DNA of 64,000 bases, taken from an uncultured Gammaproteobacteria bacterium. GTDB lineage: Bacteria; Pseudomonadota; Gammaproteobacteria; SZUA-152. Positions 8,957 through 18,859 of this stretch are shown here, piece by piece; positions within the stretch are counted from its first letter, which is position 1, and each line of letters starts with the position of its first letter. The position numbers and the translations under genes were made by a program. The notes beneath the pieces are model-generated. The model had not been told where the DNA came from. It was given only the letters and a program-made list of their open reading frames with translations, and made no database searches. The DNA lies in NCBI GenBank assembly GCA_913009875.1, contig CAJVYS010000002.1:2073-66072 (forward strand), given 5' to 3'.

Positions 8957-10360
8957 TTAGGGCTGTATTCCCAATTCCTTGATCTTGCGCGTGAGGGTGT
9001 TGCGTCCCCAGCCGAGCAGTTTGGCGGCGTCCTGGCGGCGTCCCCCCGAGTGCTGCAGGGCGATGTCGATCATGATGCGCTCGAAGCGTGGCACGGCGTC
9101 GGCGAGCAGGTCGTTCTCACCGCTGGCAAGGCGCAGGTCGGCCCACTGGCGCAAGCCCTCTTCCCAGCTGCCGCCGGTAGGGCTGCGGGCGCTTTCCTGC
9201 TGCAGTTCGGGCGGCAGTTCGTCCATGTGCACCACCTGCCCCGGGGACATGACGGTGAGCCAGCGGCAGGTGTTTTCCAGTTGGCGCACGTTGCCCGGCC
9301 ATTCGAGCTGTGACAGGTAGCGTTCGACGTCACTGTCGAGCTGTTTGGGGTCGACGTTCAGCTCTTCTGCCGCCTGGGCGAGGAAATGGCGCACCAGCAG
9401 GGGGATGTCCTCGCGGCGTTCGCGCAGGGCCGGCATGTGGATGCGGATCACGTTGAGGCGGTGGAACAGGTCTTCGCGGAACTGGCCTTCCTTGACCCGC
9501 TGTTCGAGGTTTTGGTGGGTGGCGGCGATGATGCGCACGTCGACCCTTGTGGGGGTGTGGCCGCCGACGCGGTAAAACTCGCCGTCGGCCAGCACGCGCA
9601 GCAGGCGGGTCTGCAGTTCGGCGGGCATGTCGCCGATTTCGTCGAGGAACAGGGTGCCGCCGTCGGCCTGTTCGAAGCGGCCGGCGCGGGTGGCCTGTGC
9701 GCCGGTGAAGGCGCCGCGTTCGTGGCCGAACAACTCGGACTCCAGCAGGTCACGGGGGATGGCGGCGGTGTTGAGGGCGATGAAGGGCTTGTCGGCACGC
9801 GGGCTGTGGCGATGCAGGGCGCGCGCCACCAGTTCTTTGCCGGTGCCGGATTCGCCGTTAATGAGTACTGTGATCTTGGAGCGGGCGAGGCGGCCGATGG
9901 CGCGGAACACCTCCTGCATGGAGGGTGCGGCGCCGATGATCTCCGGCGCCGCCTCCTGCGGGGTGGCCTGGGCGCCGGCGCGGCGTGAGGCGCTGTGCTG
10001 CACGGCGCGGCTGACCAGTTCGGTGGCCTCGTCGATGTCGAAGGGCTTGGGCAGGTATTCGAAGGCGCCGCCCTGGTAGGCGGACACGGCGCTGTCCAGG
10101 TCCGAGTGGGCGGTCATGATGATCACCGGCAGCTCGGGGTATTTTTCGTTGATCTGCGCCAGCAACTGCAGGCCATCCACGCCGGGCATGCGGATGTCGG
10201 TGAGGATGGCGCTGGGCGTCTCGTGTTCGAGGTGCTCGAGGATGCCGTTGGCGTTGTCGAAGCTCTGCACGTTCATGCCCGCCTGCTTGAGGGCCTTTTC
10301 CAGTACCCAGCGGATGGCGTGGTCGTCGTCGATGACCCAGATGGGGTTGCTTTCCGTCAT
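8957..10360 (-). CDS. ntrC: Nitrogen regulation response regulator NtrC (sigma-54 activator)
   Basis: It has a receiver domain (MTESNPIWVIDDDHAIRWVLEKAL), an AAA+ sigma-54 interaction domain (GESGTGKE ... GAFTGA) and a C-terminal helix-turn-helix. Its ATG overlaps the end of ntrB. Confidence 0.85.
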   Translation of the reverse strand: MTESNPIWVIDDDHAIRWVLEKALKQAGMNVQSFDNANGILEHLEHETPSAILTDIRMPGVDGLQLLAQINEKYPELPVIIMTAHSDLDSAVSAYQGGAFEYLPKPFDIDEATELVSRAVQHSASRRAGAQATPQEAAPEIIGAAPSMQEVFRAIGRLARSKITVLINGESGTGKELVARALHRHSPRADKPFIALNTAAIPRDLLESELFGHERGAFTGAQATRAGRFEQADGGTLFLDEIGDMPAELQTRLLRVLADGEFYRVGGHTPTRVDVRIIAATHQNLEQRVKEGQFREDLFHRLNVIRIHMPALRERREDIPLLVRHFLAQAAEELNVDPKQLDSDVERYLSQLEWPGNVRQLENTCRWLTVMSPGQVVHMDELPPELQQESARSPTGGSWEEGLRQWADLRLASGENDLLADAVPRFERIMIDIALQHSGGRRQDAAKLLGWGRNTLTRKIKELGIQP

Positions 10361-11475
10361 GACGGGTTTCTCTCTGTGGTGGTGGTTTTGCCGCTGTCGG
10401 GGCCGCTGTGTTCCAGCGGCAGCAGCAGACAAAACCGGGTGAGGCCGGGCCGGCTCTTGCAGGTGATGAGGCCGTCGTGCTGGTTGATCAACGACTGGGC
10501 GATGGACAGGCCCAGCCCGGTACCATCGGCGCGCCCGCTGACCATGGGGAAGAAGATGTTTTCCGCCAGTTCCTCGGGGATGCCGGGGCCGTTGTCGATG
10601 ATGCAGACCTGGCACACCAGGCGGTGCTGGCGGCTGCCGATGGTGAACTGGCGCCGCGCACGGGTGCGCAGGGTGATCTCGCCTTCGTCGCCCAGGGCCT
10701 GCACGGCGTTGCGTACCACGTTCAGTACCGCCTGGATCAGCTGGTCACGGTCGCCGGTGATGTGGGGGATGCTGGGGTCGTAATCGGTGAGGATGTGGAT
10801 ACCTGTTGGCAGTTCGGCCTGCACCAACTGGCGGATATGTTCGAGTATCCGGTGAATGTTTAGAGATTCCTTGCGGGCGATGGTATTGGGGCCGAGCAGG
10901 TGGTCCACCAGATTTCTCAGTCGGTCGGCCTCGCCGATGATGATGGCGGTGTATTCCTTCAGTTCGGCTGCCGGCAGTTCGCGTTCCAGCAGCTGCGCCG
11001 CGCCGCGCAGCCCGCCGAGGGGGTTTTTGATTTCGTGCGCGAGGCCTCGCACTAGAGTACGAAAGGTCTGTTGGCGGGCGATCTGCTGCTCCTCGCGTGC
11101 CACGCGGCGTTGGTGATCCAGCGGCCGCAGTTCCACCAGCAGGCCGGAGTCGTCGGGGCACGTGCTCAGTGGCGTGACGGTGCAGTCCGCGGTGATGGTG
11201 TGTTGGCCCGGCAGACTGAGCTGCACTTCGTATTCGGTAGTGGGGTGGCTGCTCTGCAGACCGCGTTTGAGGGCCGCCAGCAGGGGGCTGTCGCCGGGCA
11301 GAATTTCTTCCGCGGACAACCCCAGCAAGCGGCTGGCGCTGATGGCGAACAGCATTTCCCCGGCCGGGTTGATGAAGACCAGCCTGAGCGCGGTATCGAA
11401 CATCAGCACGGCATGGCTGAGGTTGTCCAGTATGCGCTGGTGAAGCCCGGTCGACAGATTGTTCTCAGCATTCAT
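10357..11475 (-). CDS. ntrB: Nitrogen regulation sensor histidine kinase NtrB
   Basis: The N-terminal region has NtrB/GlnL-like PAS similarity, followed by an H-box (HEIKNPLGG) and a HATPase domain with G-boxes. It lies directly upstream of ntrC. Confidence 0.8.
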   Translation of the reverse strand: MNAENNLSTGLHQRILDNLSHAVLMFDTALRLVFINPAGEMLFAISASRLLGLSAEEILPGDSPLLAALKRGLQSSHPTTEYEVQLSLPGQHTITADCTVTPLSTCPDDSGLLVELRPLDHQRRVAREEQQIARQQTFRTLVRGLAHEIKNPLGGLRGAAQLLERELPAAELKEYTAIIIGEADRLRNLVDHLLGPNTIARKESLNIHRILEHIRQLVQAELPTGIHILTDYDPSIPHITGDRDQLIQAVLNVVRNAVQALGDEGEITLRTRARRQFTIGSRQHRLVCQVCIIDNGPGIPEELAENIFFPMVSGRADGTGLGLSIAQSLINQHDGLITCKSRPGLTRFCLLLPLEHSGPDSGKTTTTERNPS

Positions 11476-11644
11476 AAGATGTGCAAAGCAAGAACCAAAC
11501 CAAGTTTTGAATTCCTGTCTATTGACCTGCAGGCAAGCAATAAGTTTGCCTAATCAGTGGGTTAGCCGGCCATGTGAGAAATTGCTGACGGTGGGAGGGG
11601 TTGCCGGCCGGTGTCTGGCTTCAGATTAGCGCAAAATGGACGTG

Positions 11645-11662
11645 CGCGCACCAGATTGGTGC
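11645..11662. promoter_or_regulatory. Candidate NtrC enhancer site, gcGCACCAgatTGGTGCg
   Basis: It is a perfect match to the TGCACCA-N3-TGGTGCA consensus and lies about 175 bp upstream of ntrB. Confidence 0.5.
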
Positions 11663-11695
11663 GGCGGAGGGTGGGTGGACGGTGGAGGCGGGGGG

Positions 11696-12232
11696 TCAGC
11701 GCCGGGGGATTGCCACGCGCAGCATGTGAAAGGTCACGCTTTCCGAGCTGATAATGACGTTGTCGCTATCGTCCACGATCTGCACCTGAATCGTATGGGT
11801 GCCACGATCGACATTTTGCAGGCGTAACGTTGTGCTCTGCCCTTCAGTGACCGGCATGCCATCCATACGCAGCACGAAGCGGTGGCCGGGCTTGAGTGCG
11901 GGGATGAGGTCGATGTTGACCTCGAGTGCGCCGCTGTTTTCCCGTATCGGGCTGTCGTCTGCGGGATGGGTGATGGTGACGAATTCGTAGCCTTGGGCGT
12001 CGTTGTTCTGATCTGTGGCCTGGTGGTCATCGGCGGGGACGTTGGCTATGGCCGGCGCCTTGTAGATGCTGGGGGGGCTCAATTTAATAGGTTTGGCATT
12101 TTCGGAACTGGGCCGGTCGGTGAAGACGGTGTTGCCCTCGGCGTCCTTTTCCATATACACCGCAGCAGCAGCGGAGAGACTGAGCAGCAGGGCAGCGAAA
12201 CCAAGAAGGATGGTGCGATTTTGTCTGTTCAT
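11696..12232 (-). CDS. DUF4124-like secreted protein (the conserved gene found between glnA and ntrB)
   Basis: It has a signal peptide and a VYMEKDAEGNTVFTDRP motif resembling DUF4124. The position matches Pseudomonas glnA-ntrB locus synteny. Confidence 0.55.
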   Translation of the reverse strand: MNRQNRTILLGFAALLLSLSAAAAVYMEKDAEGNTVFTDRPSSENAKPIKLSPPSIYKAPAIANVPADDHQATDQNNDAQGYEFVTITHPADDSPIRENSGALEVNIDLIPALKPGHRFVLRMDGMPVTEGQSTTLRLQNVDRGTHTIQVQIVDDSDNVIISSESVTFHMLRVAIPRR

Positions 12233-12297
12233 GGATCAAATGTAGCCGAATTAGAGGGGCTATACAAACGCCCCACCGGGCCGGGGATGCACTCATA

Positions 12298-12330
12298 AAA
12301 AAGCCACCCCGAAGGGTGGCTTTCGTGCAT
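12298..12330 (-). terminator. Rho-independent terminator for the lipoprotein gene
   Basis: On the minus strand it reads gccacccttcggggtggc followed by a T-run. Confidence 0.55.
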
Positions 12331-12348
12331 TGATTACAATTTCAGTCC

Positions 12349-14778
12349 CTATGGCACCAAGATACTGGTTCCGCTCCACAATTCGCCATCAGAACCATTT
12401 GAGCGAATCATGTCGCTGTAATTGCTTCCTTCGGCATAGTGAATGAAGCTGAAGGTATCTACACTCTGCGCTGTTAAGGCGCTGGTTTCTCTGAATTGGA
12501 AGTCGACTGGGTGAGCGCTATCAATGCTTGAGTCTGTGTAAAGAACAAGATAACTGTGCGTACAATCAGCGCACGTTGCATTTTCTACATACCACTCAAA
12601 ACTAATAGCAGGATCAACGCCATTAGCGAAGCTTCCTGTTTCCGGGTCAGCGGCAGTTGCGGCGGTGCCTGTATCATTGAATGTCGTGATTTCACCGTCG
12701 TTATCAAACGCATTTCCTGCAATATCCGCACGCGTAAGTGACTGGGCAGAACCGCAGTCCGCTATTGCGGCTTCAAAATCAGCGAAGCTATAGGGTGTGA
12801 TAGGCGCACCTAGTCCACCGTTAGCAGTATCATCCCATCCTGACTCTGTTGTGCATGCCAGCGATGAGCCGCTGCCAGAACCAGAACCTGTAGCGATTAT
12901 GCTGTTGATAACATCACTAATAGCCGTGCTGTTGAAGGCCGATCCGCCTGAATTGCTAGCTCCGGCGGGAGTGTAAGACCCTTCATAAACCGCATTGTTA
13001 TAGACGGAAAAGATTCTCTGCACATCGTTATCAGAATCCTCATTCAGATAGGCGTAGGTCGTTGCCACTGAGGCGGGAGTTTCATATGACAGTATCGCAG
13101 CCCCACTTACAGTCTGAATAGACCATGTGCTGGTTGCGACCTTATTAACTGAATGAAAACCGGTAGCATTATTGCGATTGACGTAATCCGTCAAATAGAA
13201 GTTTGCCGTACCTGATACTCCCGAGCCAACCAGTTCAACGATCATGCCTTGAGAAAGAGTACACAGGGTGTCACTACTGCTGGATGAATATGCGGGCTCA
13301 ATACAGCCCTCAGGTGAGCGTTTAAAACCTGCCCATACAGCCTTAGGTTCACTACTTCCGTCATCAACCCAAGCAGATGAAGATAGCAAGTCAGTCAAGC
13401 TAGCTGGCTGGGTAATCAAAGGAGTATCATCCAAGGTATAAGAAGCCGTATCATATGTAATGCTCATTATGTATGCCTTGGCACCCGCAGAGAAAACAGC
13501 GGTAGAGTCAACCGCTGAGCTAAAGCCGCCATTATCCGAACCATCAAGATAGGCCGAAATGTTTAAACCGGCTGCATCGACCACTTGAGAGCTGACGGTA
13601 AATGTTTCAACATCACAAGTAAATGTGCCGCTGCCATTGCTGTTAAAGGCGACTGTGCAGTTACTTAAATCATCACCGGCAGTTGAAGGAATCCAACCAT
13701 TATTCCCCAGATATACATCTGGCGATGAGGTAAGCGGCTCAAAAGTGCTTGAGGTGAAATTGTATGTGTACTGATTTTCTGTCACCACACCGCTGGCAGC
13801 GGTGATAGTGCCATATTCAATCTCTTGCCAGTCGGGGTTAATTTCACCCCATACCCAGTTAAAGCCATCAGCAAGCTGTTGTTCGAGTGTGGTGTTGGCT
13901 GCACTATTGGTCGCCTCAACCACGGCCACTTTGGTTTCAACTGTAGTGGTATCTACAGCAACATTGCTTGTTGTCGTTACAGCATCTGCATCAATAGAAC
14001 CATCAGTGGAAGCCGCTTCTGCTGTCTCAACTTCGGCAGTGATGGCCGCAAGCTGGGTCACTACTTCTTCCACCACAATCTGAATCAATGCGTCAAAGGC
14101 TTCATCAATAGTAAGATTTACACTGCCATTAGTGATGGCGGCTTCAATGGTTTCAATATTATTTGCCAGGGTACGGGCTGTTACCTGGGCAATATTATGC
14201 AAGGTAGCGTAATCACTAGCGGCCGCATTAGTGGAATCAGCTTTTGCTACGACATAGTCGGTGAAAAGTGAAACCGCAGCAGGATCCTTACCCATACTCG
14301 AGATTAACGCAGCTTCGGCCGCATCAACGGTCATATTAGGATTGGCTTCGATTTGGTTTTGTACCATTGTTGTTAACGGACTAATGAATGCAGACTTACC
14401 TATAGGTGCACTAAGAACAAACTTCTTGCCTACCGCCATTCCCGTATCTGAGTCTATCGCTTCAGCAGGCACTTCAACAAATATTGGGTATTGATTTAGC
14501 AGGGTCGCGTCCGTGACGTCGAGCGTATACGCGCCACCAGTCCCTGTGGTTGCAGAAGGCTCACCAGTATTACAGATTTTATTTTGATTGATATCAAGAC
14601 AGACTTTCGCGCCAGACAAATAGCCGTCAGCTACGATGCCCGATGTAGATCCAGGTGTTAAAGTCACAGGATTGTCACCGCCACCGCCACAACCCGTGAG
14701 GGCCAGCAGCAGTGCCGAGGGAATCAGTACATTTGTCCTTTGGTTATTATTTTGTCCAGTCAGCCAACGAAAATTCAT
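12349..14778 (-). CDS. Large lipoprotein of unknown function (809 aa). It has low GC and is probably horizontally acquired.
   Basis: The signal peptide carries a lipobox, LLLALTGCGGGG. An SGSGSGSS linker is present. The gene is about 48% GC against a backbone of about 64%. It has its own terminator and is flanked by AT-rich DNA with IS and MITE remnants. Confidence 0.6.
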   Translation of the reverse strand: MNFRWLTGQNNNQRTNVLIPSALLLALTGCGGGGDNPVTLTPGSTSGIVADGYLSGAKVCLDINQNKICNTGEPSATTGTGGAYTLDVTDATLLNQYPIFVEVPAEAIDSDTGMAVGKKFVLSAPIGKSAFISPLTTMVQNQIEANPNMTVDAAEAALISSMGKDPAAVSLFTDYVVAKADSTNAAASDYATLHNIAQVTARTLANNIETIEAAITNGSVNLTIDEAFDALIQIVVEEVVTQLAAITAEVETAEAASTDGSIDADAVTTTSNVAVDTTTVETKVAVVEATNSAANTTLEQQLADGFNWVWGEINPDWQEIEYGTITAASGVVTENQYTYNFTSSTFEPLTSSPDVYLGNNGWIPSTAGDDLSNCTVAFNSNGSGTFTCDVETFTVSSQVVDAAGLNISAYLDGSDNGGFSSAVDSTAVFSAGAKAYIMSITYDTASYTLDDTPLITQPASLTDLLSSSAWVDDGSSEPKAVWAGFKRSPEGCIEPAYSSSSSDTLCTLSQGMIVELVGSGVSGTANFYLTDYVNRNNATGFHSVNKVATSTWSIQTVSGAAILSYETPASVATTYAYLNEDSDNDVQRIFSVYNNAVYEGSYTPAGASNSGGSAFNSTAISDVINSIIATGSGSGSGSSLACTTESGWDDTANGGLGAPITPYSFADFEAAIADCGSAQSLTRADIAGNAFDNDGEITTFNDTGTAATAADPETGSFANGVDPAISFEWYVENATCADCTHSYLVLYTDSSIDSAHPVDFQFRETSALTAQSVDTFSFIHYAEGSNYSDMIRSNGSDGELWSGTSILVP

Positions 14779-15045
14779 GCAGTTGCTCCTTTTATATTCT
14801 CTCTGATTAATGTGTGGATGAAGAAAATATTTCTCGGTGCTCTCAGTAAAAACCTGATGACACGCAAGATATAGCGGCAGGCATGGACATTATTCAAGTC
14901 TGCATTCTTTTCTGAATGGATATAAAAGAATATAACTCGCTGTTTTCTTATTGCTGCGAGGGATAAGGCGTGAAGTTTGGGTATGTATTCAGGAAAATAT
15001 TTGGGAACAGCCCTTGGAAGTCACCCGTGGTAGCACCCAGTTGTG

Positions 15046-15266
15046 CAAAGGGGGTAGTCAATTAACGCCTCCTAGCACAAGATATAGGAACTACATGTAA
15101 CTGGATTTCTCAGTATATTATCTTGTAATACGCTGTTTTTATTGCTAATAATATTCTCTTGTGTCGTCTGGTGTTAAGTCGCAAATACACAGCATATAGT
15201 GGGTGGAGGCGCTAGCTGACTACCCCCTTTTGTGCAATAGAACTACCCCCTTTTGTGCAATAGAAG
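15046..15266. mobile_element. MITE-like element with inverted repeats of about 28 bp (caaagggggtagtcaattaacgcctcc / ggaggcgctagctgactacccccttttg) and a tandem 23-bp duplication on the right
   Basis: The inverted repeats flank an AT-rich core of about 130 bp. The unit ctacccccttttgtgcaatagaa occurs twice in tandem. Confidence 0.4.
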
Positions 15267-15299
15267 AGTGCTGATGGAGAGTGATCGCATGCGTGCCGG

Positions 15300-15530
15300 T
15301 TGCAGCGCGTAACAAAAATGGGGCATAAGGGCCTGTTTGGAAGAGAAAGCCTCGGATTGAATCTTGTCAAACGTCTCCGCAATTACCCGCGCGGCATCCT
15401 TGCCAGCGCTTGGTATCAACTGCATACCAGCGTACTCGAAGGTGTTAATAACAAGATCAAGGCCGCCTTCCCCAGAAAAGGTGCGATGAATCAAAAAAAG
15501 CCCCGCTCTTGGTGCGTACACCGAGAGCGG
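15300..15530 (+). pseudogene. C-terminal fragment of an ISL3-family-like transposase (degraded)
   Basis: The translation ...ASAWYQLHTSVLEGVNNKIKAAFPRKG resembles the conserved ISL3 C-terminus (xEGxNNKIKxIKRxAYGF). There is no N-terminal part, and the fragment is wedged between the MITE-like element and the glnA stop. Confidence 0.4.
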
Positions 15531-15540
15531 GGCTTTTCGT
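15493..15540 (-). terminator. glnA terminator (bidirectional hairpin)
   Basis: The hairpin gccccgctct...agagcggggc is flanked by T-runs on both strands. Confidence 0.5.
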
Positions 15541-15571
15541 TTGTGCGCCGCGAGCGGCTTGGTTTATGGAC

Positions 15572-16981
15572 TTAGCAGCTGTAGTACATATCGAACTCGA
15601 CCGGAGACGTGGTCATGCGCAGGCGCGTGATTTCTTCCATCTTCAGTTCGATGTAGGCGTCGATCATGTCGTTGGTGAAGACGTCGCCAGCGGTCAGGTA
15701 GTCGCGATCGGCGCTCAAGCATTCCAGGGCCTGATCAAAGGAGTGGCACACGGTGGGAATCTGTGCCGCTTCTTCGGCGGGCAGGTCATACAGATCCTTG
15801 TCCATGGCTTCGCCCGGATGGATCTTGTTCTGAATACCGTCCAGGCCGGCCATCATCATGGCGGCAAAGGCCAGGTAGGGGTTGGCGGTGGGATCCGGGA
15901 AACGCAGTTCGATGCGGCGACCCTTGGGGCTGCTGACGAACGGGATGCGGATGGAGGCCGAGCGGTTACGCGCGGAGTAGGCCAGCATCACCGGGGCTTC
16001 AAAGCCGGGCACCAGGCGCTTGTAGCTGTTGGTGGAGGCGTTGGTGAAGGCATTCAGTGAACGCGCATGCTTGATGATGCCGCCGATGTAATACAGTGCG
16101 GTCTCGCTGAGGCCGCCGTACTCGTTACCGGCGAAGATGTTTTCACCGTCCTTGGCCAGAGACATGTGCACGTGCATGCCGGAACCGTTGTCGCCCACCA
16201 GCGGCTTGGGCATGAAGGTGGCGGTCTTGCCATAGGCGTGGGCCACGTTGTGCACGCAATACTTGAGGATCTGGTTCATGTCGGCGCGCTTCACCAGGGT
16301 GTCGAACACGGTGCCGATTTCACACTGGCCGGCGGTGGCGACCTCGTGGTGATGGACTTCGACTTCAACACCCATGTCTTCCATGGCCAGACACATGGCG
16401 GCACGGATGTCGTGCAGGGAGTCGACCGGCGGTACGGGGAAGTAGCCGCCTTTGACGCCGGGACGATGGCCCATGTTGCCGTCTTCGTAGACCTTCTCGG
16501 AGTTCCACTCGGACTCCTCGGAATCGACCTTGTAGAAGGAGCCGGCCATGTTGGAGCCCCAACGTACGTCGTCGAGGATGAAGAATTCAGGCTCGGGACC
16601 GAAGTAGGCGGTGTCGGCAATGCCGGTGCTCTTCAGATAGGCTTCGGCGCGGCTGGCGACAGAGCGGGGGTCGCGTTCGTAACCCTGACCCGTGGAAGGT
16701 TCGACGATGTCGCAACGCAGGATCAGCTGGGTTTCATCGGCGAACAGATCCAGTACGGCCGTCGAGGTGTCCGGCATCAAAATCATGTCGGATTCGTTAA
16801 TCCCCTTCCAGCCGGCGATGGAGGAGCCGTCGAACATCTTGCCTTCGGTGAAGACGTCTTCGTCAACGGTGTGGGCGGGAACCGAGACGTGCTGTTCCTT
16901 GCCGATTGTGTCGGTAAAGCGGAAATCGACAAACTTCACATCATTTTCTTTAATGGTATTCAGAACGTCTTGAGCAGACAT
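15572..16981 (-). CDS. glnA: Glutamine synthetase type I
   Basis: The 469-aa protein has GS-I signatures (an N-terminal beta-grasp domain and the catalytic domain) and the adenylylation-region tail ...VEFDMYYSC. Confidence 0.9.
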   Translation of the reverse strand: MSAQDVLNTIKENDVKFVDFRFTDTIGKEQHVSVPAHTVDEDVFTEGKMFDGSSIAGWKGINESDMILMPDTSTAVLDLFADETQLILRCDIVEPSTGQGYERDPRSVASRAEAYLKSTGIADTAYFGPEPEFFILDDVRWGSNMAGSFYKVDSEESEWNSEKVYEDGNMGHRPGVKGGYFPVPPVDSLHDIRAAMCLAMEDMGVEVEVHHHEVATAGQCEIGTVFDTLVKRADMNQILKYCVHNVAHAYGKTATFMPKPLVGDNGSGMHVHMSLAKDGENIFAGNEYGGLSETALYYIGGIIKHARSLNAFTNASTNSYKRLVPGFEAPVMLAYSARNRSASIRIPFVSSPKGRRIELRFPDPTANPYLAFAAMMMAGLDGIQNKIHPGEAMDKDLYDLPAEEAAQIPTVCHSFDQALECLSADRDYLTAGDVFTNDMIDAYIELKMEEITRLRMTTSPVEFDMYYSC

Positions 16982-17094
16982 TACGTGCCCTCCAGTGTTT
17001 TCAGTAAGTTTTCAGTGTGTTCTATCAGTGTGTTCCAAAGGTGAATTGCTGTGTCATCAGTCGTGATTCTGATTCTTTCATTTTCCGGCTAATT

Positions 17095-17110
17095 AGCAGA
17101 AAATATGCCA
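17095..17110 (-). promoter_or_regulatory. Sigma-54 promoter for glnA (TGGCAT-N5-CTGCT)
   Basis: The reverse complement reads tggcatattttctgct. The GG at -24 and the GC at -12 are correctly spaced, and the site lies about 115 nt upstream of the glnA ATG. Confidence 0.5.
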
Positions 17111-17256
17111 TTCGCTGAATTGGTTGATTAATCAATGAGTTCCAGTAATACGCGGTTGTATTGGTGAGCAAGTCGCGTCGGCTTGGTGCAAGTAAGGCGG
17201 AATCTTGCACTGTTTTTGTGCGTTTTGCGGCCCCTGCTCTGGCCCTTAAACCCAGA

Positions 17257-18420
17257 TTAATAAAAGCTGACCTGGACATCCGCGATGCTGTCTTCCTCCT
17301 CGGCGAGGCGGGCCAGCTGCCGTGCAAGGGCCCTGGCCTGATCAATGTCCCGCACTTTTTGCAGCGGCAATGATACCTCTACATGGATTTTACCGTCCAG
17401 ATAATGCAGGCGGACATGGTCGGTGTCAGGTGTTTCTTCGATGCCTTGCCAGCGCCGCTGTAACAGCGCCAACACCTCATCACGCATGGGCAGGTCACTG
17501 CTGGGTGCGCTGACTTCATCGTCTTCGGGGTCGATGTGTACCATGACCTCGGTGATGCCGTCCACTTTCTCCATAACCGCCTGGCGCACACGCTCGCTGA
17601 TCAGGTGGCCCTCGGAGACGCTGCTCTTCGGGTCGACGAGGATGTGCACGTCCACCAGGCCGTCATTGGCCATGCGCCGGGTGCGCAGCATGTGCAGGGC
17701 CTCGACGCCGTTCACAGAGAGGATGGCGGCGCGGATCTTTGTCACCCGCTCGGGCTCCATGGCGCGGTCGATGAGCTCCTGTGCGCTGTGCCAGGCCAGT
17801 TCGGCGCCGATCTTGCCGACCATGGCGCCGACGGCGATGGCGGCCACGGCATCGAGCCAGGGCAGGCCATTCATGGCGCCGGTGATGCCGATCACCACCA
17901 CCACCGATGAGATGGCGTCGGAACGGCTGTGCCAGGCATTGGCGCGTAGCAGCTGGCTGTTCAGGCGGTTGGCCACCCGCATCGTGTAATGGTAGATGGC
18001 CTCCTTGGCGACGATGGAGATGGCTGCGACGCTCAGCGCCAGCCAGCCGGGATGGGGCAGCAGCTCAGGATTGAGCAGGCGCAGGCTGGCATCGTAGGCG
18101 ATGCCGATGGCCACCGCCAGCAGTGCCACGCCCAGAACCACCGTGGCCAGGGTCTCGATGCGGCCGTGGCCGTAGGGGTGTTCCTCATCGGCGGCCCGGG
18201 AGCCGTGCTTCATGGCAAGCAGCACGATGACGTCGGTGGCCAGATCCGACAGGGAGTGTATGCCGTCGGCGACCAGCGCCTGCGAATTGCCGATGAAACC
18301 GACGATGATCTTCGCTACGCCCAGCAGCAGATCCACCACCGCGCCAACCAGGGTGACGTGGCGCGCCTCGCTGTAGCGTTCGTCGTGGGTCAGCGGGGCA
18401 TGCCCGTGGTGGTGGCCCAT
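17257..18420 (-). CDS. Cation diffusion facilitator family metal efflux transporter
   Basis: It has six transmembrane helices with conserved HxxxD-type motifs (HSLSDLATD), a C-terminal cytoplasmic domain and a His-rich N-terminus, MGHHHGH. Confidence 0.8.
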   Translation of the reverse strand: MGHHHGHAPLTHDERYSEARHVTLVGAVVDLLLGVAKIIVGFIGNSQALVADGIHSLSDLATDVIVLLAMKHGSRAADEEHPYGHGRIETLATVVLGVALLAVAIGIAYDASLRLLNPELLPHPGWLALSVAAISIVAKEAIYHYTMRVANRLNSQLLRANAWHSRSDAISSVVVVIGITGAMNGLPWLDAVAAIAVGAMVGKIGAELAWHSAQELIDRAMEPERVTKIRAAILSVNGVEALHMLRTRRMANDGLVDVHILVDPKSSVSEGHLISERVRQAVMEKVDGITEVMVHIDPEDDEVSAPSSDLPMRDEVLALLQRRWQGIEETPDTDHVRLHYLDGKIHVEVSLPLQKVRDIDQARALARQLARLAEEEDSIADVQVSFY

Positions 18421-18656
18421 CAGCCGTCGCTGTCGCCGACGCGCACGGTGATGCTGATTTCACCGTCCGACTCGCGGGTGGCGATGACCTCGTGGCCGTT
18501 GATACGACTCCACGCGGGCACGTCGTTGAGGGCGCCGTGGTCGGTGCAGAACACCTCCACGGTGTCACCGGGCTTCAGCGTGGCGACGAGGTTCTGGGTC
18601 TTGATCACCGGCATCGGGCACAGCATGCGGCGGGCGTCGAGTTCGTAATGGCTCAT
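18420..18656 (-). CDS. TusA-like sulfurtransferase
   Basis: It has the CPxP motif (LCPMPVIKT) and is about 78 aa long. Its stop overlaps the start of the CDF transporter gene. Confidence 0.75.
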   Translation of the reverse strand: MSHYELDARRMLCPMPVIKTQNLVATLKPGDTVEVFCTDHGALNDVPAWSRINGHEVIATRESDGEISITVRVGDSDG

Positions 18657-18740
18657 AGTGTTTCCGGATTGGTTTGTCGATAGAGATTGCTTGTGGTGGA
18701 TGAATCCATCCCCGCCGGAGTGGCGGGGTATTGTGCTATG

Positions 18741-18819
18741 TGTGGGAGCGGCTTTAGCCGCGAAAAGGACTGGCATCGTTCTTCGTGGCGTGTCATTCGC
18801 GGCTGAAGCCGCTCCCACA
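18741..18819. repeat. REP-A hairpin pair
   Basis: tgtgggagcggctttagccgcgaa ... ttcgcggctgaagccgctcccacaa. Confidence 0.7.
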
Positions 18820-18859
18820 AGGGTGTTGTTTTCTCCATTTCCGCGGGTGGGGCTCGTGT

